In this document: one piece after another, positions 57,080 through 64,000 of the stretch
Position numbering within the stretch: position 1 is the first letter of the stretch
How the letters are laid out: each line of letters starts with the position of its first letter
NCBI RefSeq assembly: GCF_009914755.1
Contig: NC_060930.1
Length of the DNA stretch: 64,000 nt
DNA from: the human T2T-CHM13v2.0 reference genome, Homo sapiens
Strand: one strand, 5' to 3'
Notes under the pieces: generated by a model
Seen by the model: the letters and a program-made list of their open reading frames with translations, nothing else
Databases searched by the model: none
Told to the model about the DNA's origin: nothing
Program-made: the position numbers and the translations under genes

Positions 57080-57387
57080 TTAAGCAGCTGGCACGCAATT
57101 TATTTCTCTCTTCTTTCCAGAAGAAAACTTTGAAGAAAGAAAGAAAACAAGTGGCACAATCCAATCTTTTAAACATGCTGAAAACAGACCTTGTGTAATA
57201 AACTAATATTTTCTAGCATGATAGTTCTTATTGATATAATACTCTTAGCAAATGACCCTGGTCTAGGAGTGCTTATGATAATCAAACCAGGAATACGTGA
57301 ATTTGTGGTACATGGTTCTCTGCAAAATGTCATGGAAGCCATGTAAATATATTAATGTATAAAATGGAGATATTTCATAATCTAGAT

Positions 57388-57590
57388 CAGCAGTGGACAA
57401 GCATTTTCTGTAAAGAAGCAGGTGGTATTTTCAGTTTTGTAGGTCATCCAGTCTCTGTCACAAATATCAGTTCTGCCACTGTAGTGCCAAATATGTCATA
57501 CATTATAAGGAAACAAACCAATGTGGCTGTGTTTGAATAAAACTTTATTTACAAAAAGAGGCAGTGGGCTGGATTTGGCTAAAATCCAAA
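57388..57590. mobile_element. MER58A
   Basis: ttttctgtaaag...gtctctgtcacaaata...tgtggctgtgtttgaataaaactttatttacaaaaa...gggctggatttggc. Confidence 0.88.
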
Positions 57591-57605
57591 AATTTGAGTT
57601 TTCTT

Positions 57606-58010
57606 GGATAAAGAAAATGTGGTACACATACACCATGAAATACTATGCAGCCATAAAAAGAATGAGTTCATGTCCTCTACAGCAACATGGATAGAGCTGG
57701 AGGGCATTATTATAAGTAAATTAACATAGGAACAGAAAATCAAATACCGCAGGTTCTCATTTATAAGTGGGAGTTAAATACTGAGTACACATGAACACAG
57801 AGAAGGAATAATAGACTCTGGGGTTTACTTGAGAGTGGAAGGTGAGAGGAAGGTAAGGATTACAAAGCTACCTATTGAGTACTATGCTTATTACCTGGGT
57901 GATGAAATAATCTGTACACTAAATCCCCAGGACATGCAATTTACCCATATAACAAACATGCACATGTATCCTCTTGAATGTAAAACAAAATTTGGAATAA
58001 AAAAATTTAA
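57606..58010 (+). mobile_element. Older L1PA (PA15/16-like) 3' end
   Basis: ggataaagaaaatgtggtac...ctacctattgagtactatgcttattacctgggtgatgaaataatctgtacac...acccatataacaaac. Confidence 0.9.
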
Positions 58011-59379
58011 AAAGTTTAAATTTTTGTTTAAATTAAAGAAAACACAACAGGCCTACTGATACTAATAGTCACGTTCATGACAAGTATTGTATAGTGTATA
58101 AAGCCATTGATCAAATGAGTTTCATTTAAAGAGATTTATAATTTAATAATCTAATGGCAAATAAATGAAATCTTCTATTTTAGTAGAATACAGGATCTTT
58201 TACTAAATTATATTTTTAAGAGCTACAGCACCCTCTTGATAATGTCCTTTCAAGAACTGGTAGCAAATTAGAGAACATTTCACTATATCACATAATTCTA
58301 AATGAATGATCATATATAAATATGAGATTTCTGATTGAAGCAGATTCATTTAAAATATGTAGGTCCTATAAGATGCACTTGAGATTTAGTCATAAATCAT
58401 AGATGATATCTATATCATGGAAACAAAATAATGCTAGCATGCATCTGAAATATTCTTTTAACAGACACTATTAACCTGTTATAATTTGTGGGAGAAATCA
58501 TTCTCCTTCTCCAGTCTTCATCAGCAGAGAGGGAAGAATGAATCTAAAGTGCTATGGTCTGAGCATCCAGCATGATCATCTTTAGTTACTTATTCATAAA
58601 GCTTATTTACACAGTAATCATGGTTTTCTATTTAATAACTCCTAAATTTAAAAAAAAAACTTTAAAATCAAAGGAGGTATATTTGTGTAGTCTAAAGAAA
58701 ATATGAGCTGCTGCAATTTTTGTAATGAGGAAAACAGGAAGACATCTGGCAATGCATTCCAGCCTTAGGAGAATACCCCAGCATATATTTTTGAATCAAT
58801 ATGAGCTAAGTACATTATTAAGGCCCTTTATGAATCAACCACATACTTTATGTTAACTCTAGAGTTAACAGGGAAAGCAAATTCCTGCTAAAAGGCAATA
58901 CAACTATAACAAAGCTTCTACTTCTAATTATAGCTCAAACAAAACCTTTACTTTTAAATTTAAAAATCATAATTATTAAATGTTTTCTGACAAAACCCTG
59001 GTAAAACACCCTCATTTCTGAAATGAAAACACATGAAAAACATTATGTTAAACTTTTGTCATTTTGATTCATGCTCATACTCAAAGTTTGTATTGAAATT
59101 GCTGGCAAAATCAACATGGGCTCAATGGAGACAATTGATGTGATAATTATCATCCATTATGGATTTAAAAATGCAGTAACAGGAAATATGAAATATTCTA
59201 TCTGAGAAGGAAAGTTTATTGGTAGAGTTCATAGCTCCAAAAATATTCCTGGTAAGGGGTAAAAGTAGTCAGTCATATATTCTCCTGTTCAGTTACAGTT
59301 TTCCAGTTCCGTAACAGAAATGTGTAGCTGTTCCAGTATTATGGTCTAGATTAACTAGACTAATTTTATCAGACCTTAG

Positions 59380-59683
59380 TCTTGTAGATAAAAACAGGTT
59401 CTTGTCACATGACCAGAAAAGATTAGGCTCACAGACACACAGGAAGGCGAGGAGTGAAATTTATTGGGCCGAAAGGAAAAACAACTCAGCAAAATGAGAT
59501 GAAGCCTTGCTAACAGGCTCTCCACCTCACTGATTGAATCCCAGGTCCCCACCCAGGAACAGGAGAGGCCAGGGCCCTCTCCCCCTGCAAATGACATGAA
59601 CTTCCTGAGGCTCCATCCTAGTCCTCCCAGTGCACAGGCCAGTTGGAGATTCTCTGGGGAGCCCTTTTTACTTGGCTGTCTCA
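59380..59683 (-). mobile_element. MER61-like ERV1 solo LTR with 4-bp TSD
   Basis: The minus strand starts TGAGACAGCCAAGTAAAAAGGGCTCCCCAGAGAATCTCCAACTGGCCTGTGCACTGGGAGG and has an AATAAA near 59460. TTAG flanks both sides (59376-59379 and 59684-59687). Confidence 0.8.
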
Positions 59684-61131
59684 TTAGCATTTTATTTTTT
59701 CAAAAATATGAATCCCACATTAACTTATAAGAAAAATTATTGTCAAAGTATTTTCTCTATTTCTCAAAATTAGTATTTTAAGGGAGCTGCCAGGTGTTTA
59801 AATTATTAGAAAATAGGGGTTCAGTTATGGTTAGAATGGGGTAGATTAGGCAAGAAAGAGTAGAAAAGCAGCCATATATAACCACTTCACTCTTTATCAA
59901 CTAAGATATTTTCCAAGAGAAAATAGTCACCAGAGACTTGCAATACGGTTAGAGTATTTTCCTTAATGGTTTCAGGTGTCTGGACAAGACTAAAATAGTA
60001 ATTTTTTTTTCTAGTAAACTAGCACAGGTACAGAAGCAGAAAAGAATTTGGAAGGGATTTTTTAAAATCTCTCTTTCTTAGCAAATAAGAATCTTTTCTT
60101 TCTCAGGAAAAAATATTAACTTTGTATACATAGCTCCAGGCAGAGAACTGCTATGAATGTCACCTCCCTTCTAGTGTAGCCAGCACTTATTCTCTTCAGT
60201 TAGAGCCTGAGCTTGTTATATCTATAATTGTATTTAAGATGACTACATTTAAAAAGATTAGGAAACAAAAAAAGGGATTTGCACATAAGAGTACTTAAAT
60301 AATAATTTACAATACTGTTTTTTCTTTACTTTTGAAATTTCATTTTACATTAAATCATATATGATTTATATAACTTATGAATTTACATTTTCCACATTTC
60401 AAGATAATGCCTTTGGTATTGTTGCAAACTGATAATATTTGATTTGGCCATTTATACTGTTAAGTTCCTTTTAGCATATTTATTGCATCCAATAATAAAA
60501 GATGTGTAGATGTTCCAATATGACATTCACCAATAACAAGGACAACAAGTTATGTGAAAAGGATTTTCATGTAAACTGATATAAAAATAGTCCCGTTCTG
60601 CAAACTCAATGCATTCCCAATAATCTTTCCTTCTAAGCACTGAGACAATTATCTTGCATGAAAGATGTAGTAAAAGCAGAGGTAGAATTGTTCCACTGTC
60701 AGGATTAAGTCAGGTGACAGCATCCTGTGTAGACCACTGAACAGAGAACTAGAATCTTAACCAGCACCAGAATCATTCCTACGGAACAAATTCAAACAAT
60801 TTCTCCATCCATTATGCTAATTAATAAGCCCATTGACACTGACTGCAGATAAACATCATCAAAAATTTTGGTTCAGAACACCTCTGAATTGCTGAACTTT
60901 GAAGAGCATCTAACACTCTACCAAAGATTTTGTATTCCAAATTAGGGAACATTAGGGGCTAACTAACCATTGCAAGGGTATAAATTAAAATTAACAAATT
61001 GAGATGTTTAAAAATAATTACAGACAAGTTAGCAAGAACTTAGAATGCAGAGAAACTCAAATCATCATGAAAATGAATGCTTTGCATCCAGAGTACCTAT
61101 TCGACCCCAATAATGTTGGATAAATGGCTTT

Positions 61132-62133
61132 TTTTATTTATTTTTATTTATTTTTAATTTTTTTATTATACTTTAAGTTTTAGGGTACATGTGCACAATG
61201 TGCAGGTTTGTTACATATGTATACATGGGCCGTGTTGGTGTACTGCACCCATTAACTCGTCATTTAACATTAGGTATATCTTCTAATGCTATCCCTCCCC
61301 CCTCCCCCCACCCCACAACAAGCCCCAGTGTGTGATGTTCCCCTTCCTGTGTCCATGTGTTCTCATTGTTCAATTCCCACCTATGAGTGAGAACATGTGG
61401 TGTTTGGTTTTTTTGTCCTTGCAATAGTTTGCTGAGAATGATGGTTTCCAGCTTCATCCATGTCCCTACAAAGGACGTGAACTCATCATTTTTTTATGGC
61501 TGCATAGTATTCCATGGTGTATATGTGCCACATTTTCTTAATCCGGTCTATCATTGTTGGACATTTGGGTTGGTTCCAAGTCTTTGCTATTGTGAATAGT
61601 GCCACAATAAACATATGTGTGCATGTGTCTTTATAGCAGCATGATTTATAATCCTTTGGGTATATACCTAGTAATGAGATGGCTGGGTCAAATGGTATTT
61701 CTAGTTCTAGATCCCTGAGGAATTGCCACACTGACTTCCACAATGGTCGAACTACTTTACAGTCCCACCAACAGTGTAAAAGTGTTCTTATTTCTCCACA
61801 TCCTCTCCAGCACCTGTTGTTTCCTGACTTTTTAATGATTGCCATTCTAACTGGTGTGAGATGGTATCTCAATATAGTTTTTGATTTGCATTTCTCCGAT
61901 GGCCAGTGATGATGAGCATTTTTTCATGTGTCTTTTGGCTGCATAAATATCTTCTTTTGAGAAGTGTCTGTTCATATCCTTTGATAAAGGGGATATCACT
62001 ACCGATCCCACAGAAATACAAACTACCATCAGAGAATACTATAAATACCTCTATGCAAATAAACTAGAAAATCTAGAAGAAATGCATAAATTCCTCAACA
62101 CATACACCCTCCCAAGACTAAACCAGGAAGAAG
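61132..62133. mobile_element. Inverted/truncated (twin-primed) L1PA (about L1PA4): 3' end on minus (61132-61983), short ORF2 piece on plus (61982-62133)
   Basis: T-rich tail, 3'UTR and Cys-rich domain on minus; 2-nt TG microhomology; then [11 protein letters not shown]...PRLNQEE on plus. TSD atggcttt at 61124 and 62134. Confidence 0.96.
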
Positions 62134-63164
62134 ATGGCTTTATTAAATAAAGGTCTTGTGAAGTGTATTAGATTACCAGGCACATTCATTAATAGTTATA
62201 TTTTATGTTCATGTATGTGACTGATGATTTGTTTCCCTCCAATGTCAGAATTTCTATAATCTTAGTTCAATTAAAAAAATTAAAGAGGTGGTGTTACATG
62301 GTTATTGTGAACTAGGCAGGAAGACATGATAAAAGATTGTCAGAAAAAACAACTTGAAAAATGTATATTCTGGCTGAAAAACGAAGCTTCATCTGAAATG
62401 CATACAAATTTACTCAACAATCAAGATATTTTATTCTGTGTCACTACCTTTGTGTAGTTGATATTACAAAAATTAAGTGCATAAACATTTAAGTGTCCTG
62501 AAAACAATGTGAACTGAACTGAAATATATGACAGAGTTAGGTCAAATTCAGACAGAATATAGAGAATTATTTCTCACCTTCTGTGACAGAATTTGAAATT
62601 TTAAAATATTTACGGTATTAAGGGTTTTTTTAAAGAAAGCCATAAAAACGACAACATTGGTGATAGAGAGAGGGACACAAAAATAGAGTAAAAAATACCT
62701 ATTATCCAAATGTATTCCAATCTACTAATAGTAGGCCACGTATAATGAAGAAAAACTGACAACTTTAACTGTGTGTCTCAAAGCCTGATTTAACTAGATC
62801 AGAATTTGATAAAGATTTGTTATTCTATGATTATACTTTTTTGCCAAATTATGGGATCATATATAGGCAGAAGAAATAGTAATACTTTCTGTACATTCTT
62901 GAAAAATAATCTTTTCTTTTTCCTTTTATATGACAAACTTCTGAGAGGTTTGTGACAACATCATCTCAGAAATACAAAATCTTCAGAGGATTTCATTATG
63001 TATAACTTAGAAGTAAATTCAATTTAGGTATCATTAAACCATGCAAATCAATTATCTAAAGTACTTTAATGATCTTTGATCACTGCCTAGTGATTCCAGA
63101 TAATTAGTCATAAGCTTTTCTTGGATCCCAAGTACTAAACAGAGGTGGTTTAGCCTAAAGGGAA

Positions 63165-63335
63165 GGCAAAATAGGGAGTAACTGTTCAGCAGGTATAAAG
63201 TTTCAATTATATAAGATAAACAAGTTCCAGATATCTGCTGTACAACACTGTGCCTAAAAATTTTTAAGTGCACAATACAGTATTGTTAAGAGGGTAGATT
63301 TCATGTTAAGTCCTTTTACTATTAATACAATAATA
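63165..63335 (+). mobile_element. L1MA/MB 3' terminal fragment
   Basis: ggtataaagtttcaatta...agttccagatatctgctgtacaaca...gttaagagggtagatttcatgttaagt. Confidence 0.75.
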
Positions 63336-64000
63336 ATGACAAGAGAATCTGAACATTCTAACTGGATCAATGGCAAAATCAAGATCGTGGCACTGGAGAC
63401 TCAAATTCAGTGACTCTTAAAGTTCCTGTGTGTTTGAAATAATCAAAAATAAGCTTGGATTTGTGTTATACTAGCTTTTTATAATATAAAGGGGATCTAT
63501 TTTGTTAATAACAATACTCTGAATATGTGTTTCTTCTAAGTATTTTTGTTTCTTCACATTCATTAGTTTCATTTTCATTACCTTTATGTCTAATTAATGT
63601 ACATATTTGCATCTGTGACCAAGAGTTATTGTGTTTTAAATAGAACAGATTTTTAAGCCAAGAAATAACATATTTGGAGATAGTTTTGATGATTATGACT
63701 AAAAGAGTTCAGTGTGAATTGATTGTCTGACATCGTTTAAGAAGAACCCCTGATTATTTTAAAGCTGAGCTGAAATATGGATGTTGCTCTATTCTAGAGT
63801 TGTTCTCATGAAGTGTCCACTAGATTACTAGTTATTTATAATACAAAACAAGAGTGTTAAATAGGCATATAGCATATCCACTTAGTACATCTAACTTCAG
63901 GTAGATGATGCAAAAGTGGATGTTAATGTAACATTTACTATAATAAATATAGAATAAAAATAAACATTCTTTTCAGTAAAAAAGCAACAAAATTATATTT

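Noticed and set aside
59380-59683. p53 response element in the MER61-like LTR
   Set aside because: Some MER61 subfamilies carry one, but no paired RRRCWWGYYY half-sites are visible here.

Overview
This is AT-rich, CpG-poor primate (very likely human) DNA, intergenic or deep intronic, with no intact host protein-coding gene, RNA gene or CpG island recognisable. Most ORF-track entries are repeat-derived noise. Host-gene and transposase relics: a 5'-truncated processed pseudogene of MTMR9 (1402-2030, minus), an internally deleted MER75/PGBD4-type piggyBac carrying the transposase C-terminus (39220-40676), and a MER85 piggyBac MITE with its 16-bp palindrome intact (56956-57079). LINE-1s: four young L1PA pieces, including a promoter-bearing element that lacks the whole RT region (21347-26020) and two inverted, twin-primed insertions, plus several old L1M elements. 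Other repeats: two adjacent complete THE1 MaLR elements, other LTRs, nine Alus, DNA transposons (Tigger3, MER2, MER20, MER53, MER58, MER63-like) and two long AT-rich tracts. The most unusual signals are structural. All four young L1s break within the same ~40-nt stretch of ORF2. The 21-26 kb L1 looks like a chimera whose missing part starts, inverted, at 1401, which may mark a ~23-kb inversion. There is also an old 18.7-kb-spaced duplication and a micro-inversion inside an MST LTR. No genuinely new biological system is demonstrated. Repeat and gene identities rest on recalled consensus sequences and need database confirmation.
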